DNA of 49,531 nucleotides, from positions 1 to 49,531 of the forward strand of contig JBGFSC010000017.1 of the NCBI GenBank assembly GCA_041694815.1, written 5' to 3'. The notes under the pieces were generated by a model. That model saw nothing but the letters and a program-made list of their open reading frames with translations, was not told the origin of the DNA and made no database searches. Source of the stretch: Elusimicrobiota bacterium. Lineage in GTDB: Bacteria; Elusimicrobiota; Elusimicrobia; UBA1565; JACRDR01. The position numbers and the translations under genes were made by a program. This document shows, piece by piece, positions 1 to 9,345 of the stretch (position 1 is the first letter of the stretch; the number at the start of each line of letters is the position of its first letter).

Positions 1-82
1 AAACAGTTCGCTTCTTGATGTGCAACGCATCAAAACCACCGATCTAACCGGCTTCCAGTTCTAATCGGAGCCCTGGCCACCT

Positions 83-1603
83 TTAAATCGCAAACTGTCC
101 ACTTTTAAAAAACTCCCAACAGGCTGGTGTCTCGGCACGTTCTTTTGACGGACGATAAACGGCCAGGGTCCAGCGCCCGAAGCGATGAAGGGCCGATGGC
201 TTGGAGATGCTCAGGATAAAGGCTTCCTCGCTCTTGCGGAAGGCGACGAAGACCGTCCTGTCCTTTAACGGCAATTCGCGGATCTTTTCCTCGCCGCCGA
301 AGCGCTCCGCGTTGCGCGGGTCGCGCTTGGCGTAATAGAGCTCGCCGATCCAGTTGGAAAGCACGTCGACCGGGCGCTTCAGGTAGAACGGTAGCCCGTG
401 CAGGTAGATCCCGTAGCAGTAGAGCCGGTCTTCGGGCTTTATCTGGGAGGCGATGAGCCTCGCCATGGGCCGAACGCTCATGAGCGGCTCGCCCCAAGAC
501 GTGCGCAGAAAGATCAGCCCGATTCCCGTAAGGGCGAAGGAGACGGCGCAGGTCCTGGTCACCTTCCGGAGAAGCTCTGGTGTTCCCCCCAGCGTTCGCT
601 GGAGCAGCTCCGCGATGAGCAGGCATTGATGCGGAAACAAGGGAAGGACGTAGGTCGGCAGCTTCGATTTGGAGGCGGAAAAAAATAAGAATATGATCGC
701 GCACCAGAGCAGCAGCTGGCGCAGCCGCGCGTCGGTCTCGCGCCAACGGCGCGCCGCGGCGGCCGTGCTCGCCAAGGCGGGCACGGTCCACGGCAGCATG
801 CCCCCGGCGTGCACTCCGATGAAGTAATACCAGGGGGCGTCGCGGTGGAACAGGGGCGTCAGGTAGCGCAATACCTGTTGCTCCCAGAAGAAAAATCGGA
901 AAAAGCCGGGATGGCGCTGCTCCATGGCGATGAACCAGGGCGCCGTCAGCAGCGCGAAAACCGGGATCATCCATCCCGAAAGCAGCCGCTTGAATCCGGG
1001 GCGAAGGTCGGCGAAGATCAGGGCGAGCAGCAGCGTCCACGCCGCCGGAAAGAAAATCCCGATCAAGCCCTTGGCCAGGAAGGCCAGCGCCATGCAGGCG
1101 CCCGCGCCGGCGCCCGCCCATCCGGCGTCTTCCGGCCGCCGCAGCCCGCGCAGCAGAAGGGCGGAGGCCCACAATAGCGCCGTGGACACCGCCATATCCG
1201 GGGTAATCAGGCGCGACAGTATTTGGAACTGAACGCAGGTGCCTAGCAATGCGGCCGCTATTATCCCTACTTCAAGGGAGAACAGCCAGGCGCCAAGCCA
1301 TGCGGTACCGGCCAGGCTCAAAAGGGACAGCAGGGCCAAGGGAAGGCGCGCGGCTGCCTCCGAGACGCCGAAGGTCGTGTAGGAGAGCGCGCCGAGCCAG
1401 TAGATGAGCGGCGGCTTCTCGAGATAAAGAAAATAATTTAGCCGGGGCGTGAGCCAGTCGCCGTTTTCGACCATCTCGCGGGGGATCTCGGCGTAGCGCG
1501 CGTCGTCGACTTCCCATAGGGGATGGCCCAGGTCCCAAAAAGGCAGGGTTGCGACGGCGAGAAGCAGTATCCAGAGCGCTCGCGGCGGCCGGGACTGACT
1601 CAA
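83..1603 (-). CDS. ArnT/PMT-family (GT-C) membrane glycosyltransferase
   Basis: Motifs DDARYAEIPREM, YLEKPPLIYW and LAKG, with many TM helices. The TTG start overlaps the upstream TGA stop. Confidence 0.85.
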   Translation of the reverse strand: MSQSRPPRALWILLLAVATLPFWDLGHPLWEVDDARYAEIPREMVENGDWLTPRLNYFLYLEKPPLIYWLGALSYTTFGVSEAAARLPLALLSLLSLAGTAWLGAWLFSLEVGIIAAALLGTCVQFQILSRLITPDMAVSTALLWASALLLRGLRRPEDAGWAGAGAGACMALAFLAKGLIGIFFPAAWTLLLALIFADLRPGFKRLLSGWMIPVFALLTAPWFIAMEQRHPGFFRFFFWEQQVLRYLTPLFHRDAPWYYFIGVHAGGMLPWTVPALASTAAAARRWRETDARLRQLLLWCAIIFLFFSASKSKLPTYVLPLFPHQCLLIAELLQRTLGGTPELLRKVTRTCAVSFALTGIGLIFLRTSWGEPLMSVRPMARLIASQIKPEDRLYCYGIYLHGLPFYLKRPVDVLSNWIGELYYAKRDPRNAERFGGEEKIRELPLKDRTVFVAFRKSEEAFILSISKPSALHRFGRWTLAVYRPSKERAETPACWEFFKSGQFAI

Positions 1604-2637
1604 TCGACTTTTAAAACCACCTTCCCGAACTGCTTGCGGGCGGCGAGGTATTCGTGGGCTTGGCGGGCTTCCGCCAGCGGGAAGGTGGAGTCGACGACGG
1701 GCTTGAGTTTGCCGTCGAAGACCAGCTGGGAGACCTCGGCGAACTCGGCGAGGCTTCCCATCCTGGCCCCGACGATGCGCAATTCGCGGCTGAACACGTA
1801 GCGGAGGTCGAGCTCGACCGTTGGCCCGGTGGTCGCCCCACAGGTTACAAGGGCCCCGCCGGGCTTAAGGCACTTGAGCGCCTTGTCGAAAACCGCGGGG
1901 CCGATATGCTCGAAGACGATGTCGACTCCGCGGCCGGCGGTCAGGCGCACGACCTTGCGCAGTAAGTCCTCCGGCGGCGAATGGATGGTATCGTGCGCGC
2001 CCAGGCGCTTGGCCGCCTCCAGCTTCTCGGCGGAAGTGGAGGCCGCCAGCACGCGGGCTCCCGCCAAGGCCGCGATCTGTATCGCCGCCACCCCGATACC
2101 GCTGCCGGCGCCCAGCACGAGGACGGTTTGGCCGGCGCGCAGGCCGCCCAGGGTGAGCAGCATATGCCAGGAGGTTAGGAAGGTCAAAGGGAAGCTAGAG
2201 GCGGCTTCGAAGCTCATCCCGGATGGCATCGGGAATAGATTGCGCACCGGCGCCGTGGCCCACTGGGCGTAGCCGCCCCCGCCGCCCTGCGCGCCGATGA
2301 TGCCGTATTCCTTGCAGCGGCTGTCCTGCCCGTTCAGGCAGGCCTGGCAGCGCCCGCAGCTGCGCCCTGGGCAGAGCGCCACTCGGGTGCCGAGCGGCGG
2401 ACCCTCGGTTCCGGGGCCGCCGTAGGCCGCCACCTCGCCAGCGATGTCGCAGCCCAATATATGGGGCAAGGCTATCTTATAGGCGGGAATGCCGTTGCGG
2501 ATCCAAATATCGAGATGGTTGAGGGCGCAGGCGCGGACACGAACAAGCGCCTCCCCGGGCCCGGGCACGGGCTGCGGGTGATCGGTATAGCGAAGGTTTT
2601 CCGGTCCGCCGAATTTCTCGAGGAGAACCGCTTTCAC
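1600..2637 (-). CDS. Zinc-binding MDR-family alcohol dehydrogenase/quinone oxidoreductase
   Basis: MKAV start, ALNHLD, four-Cys cluster CGRCQAC...C, Rossmann motif GAGSGIG, C-terminal FGKVVL. Confidence 0.9.
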   Translation of the reverse strand: MKAVLLEKFGGPENLRYTDHPQPVPGPGEALVRVRACALNHLDIWIRNGIPAYKIALPHILGCDIAGEVAAYGGPGTEGPPLGTRVALCPGRSCGRCQACLNGQDSRCKEYGIIGAQGGGGGYAQWATAPVRNLFPMPSGMSFEAASSFPLTFLTSWHMLLTLGGLRAGQTVLVLGAGSGIGVAAIQIAALAGARVLAASTSAEKLEAAKRLGAHDTIHSPPEDLLRKVVRLTAGRGVDIVFEHIGPAVFDKALKCLKPGGALVTCGATTGPTVELDLRYVFSRELRIVGARMGSLAEFAEVSQLVFDGKLKPVVDSTFPLAEARQAHEYLAARKQFGKVVLKVD

Positions 2638-2646
2638 GCGGCTACG

Positions 2647-3051
2647 CTATACGACGGCGCTTTCCGCCGTGCTCTGGCAGGCGATGCAGTAACGCGCGAA
2701 GGGGACGGCCTGCAGCCGGGCCTTGGCGATGGGTTTCTGGCAGCTCTCGCAGCGGCCGTAGGCGCCCTTCTCCATCTTGCGCAGGGCTCCCTCGATCTGG
2801 TCGAGCATCACGCGCTCGTTGTCGTTGAGCTCGAAGAGCATCTCCTTCTCCTGGGAGCTGGTCGCCTGGTCGGCCTCGTCACCGACCTCCATGCCGGTCT
2901 CCAGGTCGAGCTGCTGCTTTTGGCGCACGGTGTGAAGGAGCTGGTCGCGCATCTGCGTCAGGCGCCGACGGATCGGGGGAAGGTCCCGCTTGCTCACGAC
3001 TTCCTTGGCGGCGGCCTTGCCCTTCTTCTTCTTGTGATTGGTCGTCTTCAT
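2647..3051 (-). CDS. dksA: DksA/TraR C4 zinc-finger protein
   Basis: Coiled coil with acidic tip GDEADQA, YGRCESC...RL...P.A..CIAC; AGGAG Shine-Dalgarno (SD) sequence. Confidence 0.85.
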   Translation of the reverse strand: MKTTNHKKKKGKAAAKEVVSKRDLPPIRRRLTQMRDQLLHTVRQKQQLDLETGMEVGDEADQATSSQEKEMLFELNDNERVMLDQIEGALRKMEKGAYGRCESCQKPIAKARLQAVPFARYCIACQSTAESAVV

Positions 3052-3082
3052 AAGCCCTCTCCTAGTTTACCACATCCGGGCG

Positions 3083-4081
3083 CTATCGGAAAAGGAACAT
3101 CGGCCGGTCGCCCCGGATGACGCGCCGCTCGGCCGAAAGCATGTCGCGGTAATATTTGGGTATGCGGAAAAGCCCCTCGCACGCCGTCCCGTCGAAAAAG
3201 CGCAGGCCCCGGACCCCCCGCTCGCGCAGGCGCGCGTCGAGCCGGGCGGCGCCCAGGCGCAGCGGGTCGCAGCGCTCGTCATCGGTGCACAGGCAGAAGG
3301 CCCAAGGGACGTCGAAGATGGGGATGTAGACGTAATAGGGGCGCACGACCCGGAAGACGCGGCGAAGGGTCGAGACCAGGGCCTTGTGGAAGTTGATCTG
3401 CAGCACCTGGCCGGAGCCGGCCTGCAGGGCGAATACCCCGCCAGGGTTCAAGCGCCTCTTGAGCGTGCGGTAGAATTCCTGCGTATAGAGCTGGTAGGCC
3501 GGCCCTCCCTCGATGGCCGAGGGAAGGTCGGAGAGTATCACGTCGAACCCAAGCCGCGTGTTCTCGACGTAGAGCCGCGCGTCCTCGACCAAAAGCCGGA
3601 CGCGCGGGTCGTCGAAGCTGCCTTGATGCCAGCTGGGGAGGTAGCGCTGGCAGAAATCGAGCACCTCGCCGTCGATGTCGGCCATGACGACGCGGCCCAC
3701 GCTGGGGTGGCGCAGCGCCTCCCGGGTGGTGGCGCCCTCCCCGCCCCCCAGGATCAGGATGTTTCGGGGTTCGGCGTTGAGCGTCATGGCGGGCTGGACT
3801 AAGGCCTCGTGGTAGATGAATTCGTCGTCTTGCGCCGACTGCATCTCCCCATCGAGGATCAGGCAGCGCCCGTAGGAGTAGGTATCGGTGAGCAGGCAGT
3901 CCTGGAAAGCCGTGCGTCCTTTCTGGAGCACGGCCTTGATGCGGTGGCAGTGGTACTCGTTATGGGTGAACCCCTCGGCGAACCAGCCTGGGCTGCTCTC
4001 CCCCCTTTGGCCCTTGGGAGGGCGGGGAAGCGCGCCGTTCTTGATCCATCGCGAGGGAGCTGCCTTCCATCCGGTCGACAT
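3083..4081 (-). CDS. speE: Polyamine aminopropyltransferase (spermidine/thermospermine synthase family)
   Basis: LILDGEMQSA, DEFIYHEALV, ILGGGEG, DID, EDAR and LYTQEFY motifs. Confidence 0.9.
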   Translation of the reverse strand: MSTGWKAAPSRWIKNGALPRPPKGQRGESSPGWFAEGFTHNEYHCHRIKAVLQKGRTAFQDCLLTDTYSYGRCLILDGEMQSAQDDEFIYHEALVQPAMTLNAEPRNILILGGGEGATTREALRHPSVGRVVMADIDGEVLDFCQRYLPSWHQGSFDDPRVRLLVEDARLYVENTRLGFDVILSDLPSAIEGGPAYQLYTQEFYRTLKRRLNPGGVFALQAGSGQVLQINFHKALVSTLRRVFRVVRPYYVYIPIFDVPWAFCLCTDDERCDPLRLGAARLDARLRERGVRGLRFFDGTACEGLFRIPKYYRDMLSAERRVIRGDRPMFLFR

Positions 4082-4090
4082 GGAGGCTGG

Positions 4091-4119
4091 AGGATAGGAT
4101 TTTCCTCCGCCGTAGTCAA
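4091..4119 (-). promoter_or_regulatory. Sigma70-type promoter of speE (TTGACT-17-TATCCT)
   Basis: Hexamers with a 17-bp spacer, 9 nt upstream of the ATG; no SD. Confidence 0.55.
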
Positions 4120-4130
4120 AGGGCGTTCGG

Positions 4131-4919
4131 CTAATCCTTGATCATGCCGAGGCCTTTGGCCCGCTGCTCGGCGAGGAATAAGAAAGGCAGCTTCGTGTCC
4201 GAATCGTAATGGGCGCCGGTCAGGATCGCGCCGTCCATCTCGGCCCCCTTCATGTCGGCGCCGTTGAAGCGAGCGCCCCTCAAATCCGCCCCCCGGAAAT
4301 CGGCGCTTTGCAGCTGCGCGTATTCGAAGGAGACGCCCGCGAGCTTGGCCTCACGGAAATCGGCCCTATAAAGGTTGGCCTCGGAGAAGGTGTTGCGGCC
4401 GGTAAACTCGGCGTAGGTGAGGTCTGCGAAGCTGAGGTCGGCCCGCGAAAGATCCGCGTTCTCGAAGCGGGCCTGCTTGAGGACGGCCCAGCTGAGGCGC
4501 GCTCCGGGCATTTTGGCTGGCATGCGGCATTCGTAGAGCATCGCCCCGTCCAAGGAAACGCCGGTGAGATCCAACGAACTCATATCATGCCGCTCGAGAT
4601 TGGCGCATTCCCCATTTCGGCCGGCGAGCAATTCCTGCACGCCTATTTTATTGCGGCCGTAGCTGACTTGACCGTACCCATGGTCGATCGCGTCGCTGCT
4701 TTCCCGGTCGACGCAGGCCTTGCAGCCCATCGGCTGCCCATAACGTTGGCAAAAGGCGTCGGGGATACGCTCCAAGGTGTAGCGGGCCTTTCTTCCATGC
4801 AAATTGTCCTTGGCCTCTTGTATTGCCTTTTGAAGCCGCGGGTCGATCCCGTTGGGTTCCTGGGCCGAGAGCGGCAATGCGAGACAAGTCACCGCGAAAA
4901 GAGAGCTTAAGAATTTCAT
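4131..4919 (-). CDS. Secreted pentapeptide-repeat protein
   Basis: Start moved to the MKFLSS ATG after an AAGGAG SD. Signal peptide followed by many A(D/N)LxX repeats. Confidence 0.85.
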   Translation of the reverse strand: MKFLSSLFAVTCLALPLSAQEPNGIDPRLQKAIQEAKDNLHGRKARYTLERIPDAFCQRYGQPMGCKACVDRESSDAIDHGYGQVSYGRNKIGVQELLAGRNGECANLERHDMSSLDLTGVSLDGAMLYECRMPAKMPGARLSWAVLKQARFENADLSRADLSFADLTYAEFTGRNTFSEANLYRADFREAKLAGVSFEYAQLQSADFRGADLRGARFNGADMKGAEMDGAILTGAHYDSDTKLPFLFLAEQRAKGLGMIKD

Positions 4920-4927
4920 TGTTCTCC

Positions 4928-5713
4928 TTACCAATTCTCTCGGAAGGCCTTCACCAGCCCTCCGTTCCCGTCTTGGCCGAATAAGGCCCATTTCGCTTGC
5001 AGCCATGCGGCGTACCCGGCGACTCCGAGTCCGAACCCGGCCACCCCGAGTATTAGAAGGGCCGCGCCGATCACGGGGCCGATGACAGGGATGAAGCTAA
5101 GTATGCCTCCGAGGATTCCGAAAGAAATGAAGGCTCCGATCCCTGCAGCGCCGCCCAATAAAAGAGCTAGGGGGACACCGGGCAGGACGGCCAGGGGGAA
5201 AAGGCATAGCAGCGCGGCTCGCTTAAGCGCGGTCCCGATCGCTCCTCGTATGCCTCCCACCGGAGTCTTGTCTTCGATCATCTTTGCGAGCATCGGAAGT
5301 CCTGCGAAGAGGCCGACGGAGGCAATCAAGACCCCAGCCGAGGCCGCGAGCAGGCTCGGATTAAAGTTCATCAGGCCGGTTAATAGGCCGAACAGGCCCC
5401 CAAGCGCCGAGAGCGAACTCATCATCATTAATGGCATAAACGCGTCCATGAGTCCGGCGGAGCCGCCCGTAGAGGGCGGAGGCGGCGGAGCCTTTTTATT
5501 TCCCGAACCCGGATTATTGACGAATAAACCCTGCCGCGAGGAGCCTGCCTGCGCCAGCACGGCGCCGAGCGCTCCCATGGCGGATTTGTCCGCGGCCTTG
5601 TCGAAAAGCTTCGCGGCTTCGGCAGACTGCTGTTCCGTGGTTTGATTTTCGGCGCTGGCGCCCGATAGAGTCGCCGCCAAAACGAGGGCTATAATGCAAG
5701 TAAGATATCTCAT
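4928..5713 (-). CDS. Hypothetical membrane protein (signal peptide, Pro-rich linker, several Gly-rich hydrophobic helices)
   Basis: GGAGG SD, signal peptide, hydrophobic C-terminal half; sits directly upstream of the pentapeptide gene. Confidence 0.7.
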   Translation of the reverse strand: MRYLTCIIALVLAATLSGASAENQTTEQQSAEAAKLFDKAADKSAMGALGAVLAQAGSSRQGLFVNNPGSGNKKAPPPPPSTGGSAGLMDAFMPLMMMSSLSALGGLFGLLTGLMNFNPSLLAASAGVLIASVGLFAGLPMLAKMIEDKTPVGGIRGAIGTALKRAALLCLFPLAVLPGVPLALLLGGAAGIGAFISFGILGGILSFIPVIGPVIGAALLILGVAGFGLGVAGYAAWLQAKWALFGQDGNGGLVKAFRENW

Positions 5714-5820
5714 CCTTGCCTCCGTGATAATTTATTATTAGAGGAAGGACGGAAATCCGCCTGGGACTAAAGGCCTGCCGGAAGATTGAAAAAAGACCAG
5801 CCTTTCGCGGGTCCTTGGTC

Positions 5821-6060
5821 CTAGGTTCTTGCTCGCGTCCGCGCCGCCTTTTCCGCGGCTACTTCGCGCTCCAGTGGGCCTTTCGTGAAAACGGCCTTGC
5901 GCGCCGAAGCCTTCCTCGACGCGGGCCCGCGCAACCGGGCGATGCGCCGCGCCTGCCTGGCAAGGGAGCTCCTGGAGGCGGCGCCGCGGCCTTCCCTCTT
6001 GAGCGCCCCGCGCACCGCGCGCGAGCGGCGAGGGTTGACTTTTCGGGTCCTGAGCGCCAT
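5821..6060 (-). CDS. Small Arg/Lys/Ala-rich basic protein (C-terminal half of a DUF6496-like putative DNA-binding protein)
   Basis: RSRAV..ALKREG..AAS...ARKA..TKG...AA.KAARTR pattern; AGGGAGG SD lies in the end of the upstream ORF. Confidence 0.6.
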   Translation of the reverse strand: MALRTRKVNPRRSRAVRGALKREGRGAASRSSLARQARRIARLRGPASRKASARKAVFTKGPLEREVAAEKAARTRART

Positions 6061-6061
6061 C

Positions 6062-6271
6062 TCAGCGCCCTCCCTTGCGCGGAATTTTTACTCCCGCCCT
6101 GCGCGCCTTGGAGAGCCCGATGGCGATGGCCTGCCGGCTGCTGCGAGCCCCGTGTTTGCCTCGGCGTATATGGCGCATCTCCTCGCGCACGAATTCTCCG
6201 GCCACAGTCGACGGCGAACGCCCTCGCCTCTTGGCGCGCCGGGCTCTTTGGATCGTCTGCTTTTCTGGCAT
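6062..6271 (-). CDS. Small basic DUF6496-like protein (N-terminal half)
   Basis: SPSTxAGEFVREE...GKHGARS..QAIAIGLSKARRAGV signature; AAGGAGG SD and an upstream TATAAT. Confidence 0.75.
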   Translation of the reverse strand: MPEKQTIQRARRAKRRGRSPSTVAGEFVREEMRHIRRGKHGARSSRQAIAIGLSKARRAGVKIPRKGGR

Positions 6272-6364
6272 AGTCCCTCCTTCGAAAAGAACTCCGCAAG
6301 ACCATTATAGGAGCCGCGGCCGACGCGCTCCATCGCGGCCGGGTAATTAATTTTAGCCGGGGAC

Positions 6365-7867
6365 TTATTTCCCTTCGGGAGGGGCGGGCTTCTGGAGCAG
6401 GTTCTGGAACGTGGAGGAGAGCATCGAGATCATCTCCTCCTTCTTGCGCAGCGTCGTGAGGAGTTCTTCCTTTTCCTTACGCCAGGAGCCATCGCCGGAG
6501 GATTCCTTTTCCTGCAGGGCGCGCGCCAAATGCTCGCTTAAGGTCTTGAGCTGCGAGCGGAGGTCGCCGACCGTGCCCTCGAGCTCGAGCCGGCGCTGCC
6601 GCTCCATCTCGGCGCGGGCATTGGCTTCCTGAAAGCGGCTCTCCCATTGGCGGTCCATTTCGGAGCGCGCTCGCAGGCCCAGCCGTACCTTTTCGGCCTC
6701 CGCCATCAGCGCCTTGGCCAGCTCGTCGCGCTCGGCGGAGATCGCGCCCAAGCGCCTGTCCTTTTCCTCGTTTTCCTTATGGGCTTGGCCGAGCCGGAAC
6801 TCAGCCGATTGAATCTGGGACTGCAGCTCGGAGATCCGCGATTCGAGCTTCATATGCCGCGAGCGTTCCTCCTCGAACTCTCGGCCCAGCTTCAGCAGGC
6901 TCTCGCCGAGGGATTGCTCCACCTCGCGCCGCTCGCGGACGTAGCCTTGCAGCTCCCGGTTGCGGTCCCGGAGGGCTTGCATCAGCTCCTCTTTTTCTCG
7001 CGCCAGCGCCGAGATCATCTCGTCTTTGGCCTGCGGCGGGCGATTGATAGCCTCCAGGAAGCGCTCGGCCAAGGCCTTGAACTCGGCGCCTTGCTCCACC
7101 GACTGCCGCTTGGCGGCTTGCGCTCCCGCGAGGGCCTGTTGGAGGCCTTCGAGCCGCGCCTGCCAGCGGGCCTCGAAGTCGGCGCGCTCCTGCAGGGAGT
7201 GCTGCTGCCACTGGCGCAGCTCGTCGCGGAGCAGCCCTTCGACGTTGGACTGCTCGCGCGCCAGAGTCGATGTCCGATCGCGTTGGGCTTGCAGCTCCAA
7301 CGCCAAAAGCCGTTTGAACTCGTCGAAATGCTCCTCGAGCATCGCGGCCACGCGCCGCTCCTGATGCTCGGGCAGGCGCGCCTTGAGCTCCTGGAGCTCC
7401 AAGGAGAGCTTCGGAAGGGCGTTCAAGCGCTCGCGCAGCGCGTCCAAATGCTCCTTGATCTCCTCGACGGATTCGGGGCGGGGCGCAGCACCCTCCTTGG
7501 CGGCGATGGCCTCCTTGAGCAGCTCGGCCCAACTCTGGTGCATTTCGTCGAGGCGTTTCTCGAGGGCGTCGACGCGGCCCCGGGCGTGCATCTTCTCCGC
7601 CTCTTGATCCCGTTCGGCTTTTTCCCGGCGCAGCTGGTCGGAAATCGACTTGAGCCTCGATTCCACCTCCTCGCGTAGCGCCTCCTGATGGCGCAGCATC
7701 CCATGCGCCTCCAAGGCGCTCCTTTGGGAGGAGTCGAGCTCTTTCTGGAGATCCTCGACCCGCTTGCAGAGGTAGCCGACGAGGGAATCGGCGGCCTCCC
7801 GCGTCATCTCGGCGGGAGGAGGGGCGGGCAATACCGGTGGTTGGGGCGGCTGCGAGTCTTCGCTCAT
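6365..7867 (-). CDS. Long coiled-coil hypothetical protein
   Basis: 500 aa E/R/L/Q/A-rich heptad pattern with no recognisable catalytic motif. Confidence 0.75.
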   Translation of the reverse strand: MSEDSQPPQPPVLPAPPPAEMTREAADSLVGYLCKRVEDLQKELDSSQRSALEAHGMLRHQEALREEVESRLKSISDQLRREKAERDQEAEKMHARGRVDALEKRLDEMHQSWAELLKEAIAAKEGAAPRPESVEEIKEHLDALRERLNALPKLSLELQELKARLPEHQERRVAAMLEEHFDEFKRLLALELQAQRDRTSTLAREQSNVEGLLRDELRQWQQHSLQERADFEARWQARLEGLQQALAGAQAAKRQSVEQGAEFKALAERFLEAINRPPQAKDEMISALAREKEELMQALRDRNRELQGYVRERREVEQSLGESLLKLGREFEEERSRHMKLESRISELQSQIQSAEFRLGQAHKENEEKDRRLGAISAERDELAKALMAEAEKVRLGLRARSEMDRQWESRFQEANARAEMERQRRLELEGTVGDLRSQLKTLSEHLARALQEKESSGDGSWRKEKEELLTTLRKKEEMISMLSSTFQNLLQKPAPPEGK

Positions 7868-7937
7868 GGCCGTGGCGACCTTGGCGAGTTTAACAGTCGT
7901 CTGTTACGAAATCAATAACGACAGGACTCGCGCGCTA

Positions 7938-8285
7938 TTACGGACGGAGGACGCCGCGCTTGATCTCGGCGGCGGTCATGCGCTTGGCGCTGAACCCGCG
8001 CTTGAGCACCTTGTAGGCCTTCCACGGGTCGATGCTTGTGCCGCAGGTATAGATGTCGACGGAGGCGAAGCCGAACTCGGGCCAGGAATGGATGGAGAGG
8101 TGCGACTCGGCGATCACGACCACGCCCGAGACCCCTTGGGGGCTAAAGGTGTGGAAGATGACGTCGACGATGTGGGCCTTGGTGGCCTTGGCCGCGCGCA
8201 CCATGATGCGCTCCACTTTCGCGGTATCCGCGATGGCGCGTGGGTCGCAGTCGTAGAGGTCGAGGAGCAGGTGCCGGCCGAGCAT
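7938..8285 (-). CDS. speD: S-adenosylmethionine decarboxylase proenzyme
   Basis: LGRHLLLDLYDC, GVSGVVVIAESHLSIHSWPE (pyruvoyl self-cleavage site), DIYTCG. Confidence 0.95.
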   Translation of the reverse strand: MLGRHLLLDLYDCDPRAIADTAKVERIMVRAAKATKAHIVDVIFHTFSPQGVSGVVVIAESHLSIHSWPEFGFASVDIYTCGTSIDPWKAYKVLKRGFSAKRMTAAEIKRGVLRP

Positions 8286-8302
8286 TTACTCGGCGAGGCT
8301 CG

Positions 8303-8815
8303 TCAAGCGGCAGCCGTTTGCGCCCCGATCCATTTCAGGCCGATCGTCTGCAGGCTGAAAAGAAGCCCCGTGAAGGCGACGTCGCCGAGCATCGAATTCC
8401 TGAGGAAAGGGATGGCCGCGGCGTAGCAGGCCGCCAGGCCCTGGGCGTCGCGCGGGTACATGCCGGAGCCCAGCCAGACGCCGAAATTCGTGATGATGAA
8501 GAAAAGCAGCGAGCTCGCCAGGCAGGCCGCGAGAACCCGACCGTTGCTGCGCGAACCCTTGAGGAGCCGGCCCAACCAGGCGATCGCCAGGAAAGAGGCG
8601 TATACGAAGGGCATGGTGCCGTGAAACCCCAGGATCAAATCGCTGGCCAAGAGCGCTGCCAGCGGAAAAGCGAACGCGATCCAGCCTTCGAGGTAGGCCC
8701 CCCCTAAAAGCGCCATCGCCGTCAAGGGGGTGACATTGGGCGGATGCGGGAGCAAGCGGCTGACGGCGCCGACGAGGATCAGGCCGGCGGTCAACTGAAA
8801 ATGTTTGCTTTTCAT
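8303..8815 (-). CDS. DUF6580-like membrane protein (putative transporter substrate-specific component)
   Basis: RLLPHPPNVTP..AMAL, SD.ILGFH, FFIITNFGVW, YP...GL..CY..AIPF. Start placed at the ATG 7 nt after TATAAT. Confidence 0.75.
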   Translation of the reverse strand: MKSKHFQLTAGLILVGAVSRLLPHPPNVTPLTAMALLGGAYLEGWIAFAFPLAALLASDLILGFHGTMPFVYASFLAIAWLGRLLKGSRSNGRVLAACLASSLLFFIITNFGVWLGSGMYPRDAQGLAACYAAAIPFLRNSMLGDVAFTGLLFSLQTIGLKWIGAQTAAA

Positions 8816-8822
8816 GACGGGC

Positions 8823-8831
8823 ATTATATCA
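8823..8831 (-). promoter_or_regulatory. Extended -10 (TGaTATAAT) leaderless-type promoter
   Basis: Perfect -10 with TG extension, 7 nt before ATG 8815; no SD. Confidence 0.55.
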
Positions 8832-8919
8832 CACATCACTCGCGCGGCGCCAGAAATTTACCGGCGCTAGACGCGCGCGGGCCTTTTCCAGGAGTATAGT
8901 GGGCCCACTAGGAGGGTCC

Positions 8920-9345
8920 ATGGCGAGAATATTGATCGTCGACGACGAGCCGGACGTCGCGCGGGCCATCGAGGCGGCGTTCGTCGGACGGGGGCACCGC
9001 TTCCTCGAGGCGTCCAACGGGCTCGAGGCACTGCGCCTGATGGGCCTAGTTGGGAAACGGGCGAAGGCCCTGCCCGACCTGGCGATCGTCGACGCCGTCA
9101 TGCCGGGGATGGACGGGCTGTCTTTGAGCTGCCGCATGCGGCTCGATCCTCGGGGGCGGAAAATCCCCATCCTGCTGCTTACGGCTCGGCCCGAATTAAG
9201 CCGCGATTTCGGAGGGGCCGCCAATATCGCGTGCGAATTGGCGAAACCGTTCGAGCCCCGGGAGCTCGTCGAAACTGCGGAGGCGCTTCTACTGCGAAGG
9301 CTCGACGACGACGGTCTTGGCGGCCGTCTTTTTACCGTCGACTAA
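8920..9345 (+). CDS. Single-domain response regulator (REC)
   Basis: ILIVDDE, PDLAIVDAVMP, LLTA, KPF; GGAGG SD. Confidence 0.85.
   Translation: MARILIVDDEPDVARAIEAAFVGRGHRFLEASNGLEALRLMGLVGKRAKALPDLAIVDAVMPGMDGLSLSCRMRLDPRGRKIPILLLTARPELSRDFGGAANIACELAKPFEPRELVETAEALLLRRLDDDGLGGRLFTVD

Noticed and set aside
2..64. Possible 3' end of an upstream plus-strand gene (NSSLLDVQRIKTTDLTGFQF*)
   Set aside because: Too short to support.
6058..6064. Selenocysteine or stop readthrough joining the two basic ORFs
   Set aside because: The second ORF is in a different frame and has its own SD and ATG.
6365..7867. SMC/Rad50-type ATPase
   Set aside because: No Walker A/B or hinge motifs; only coiled coil.
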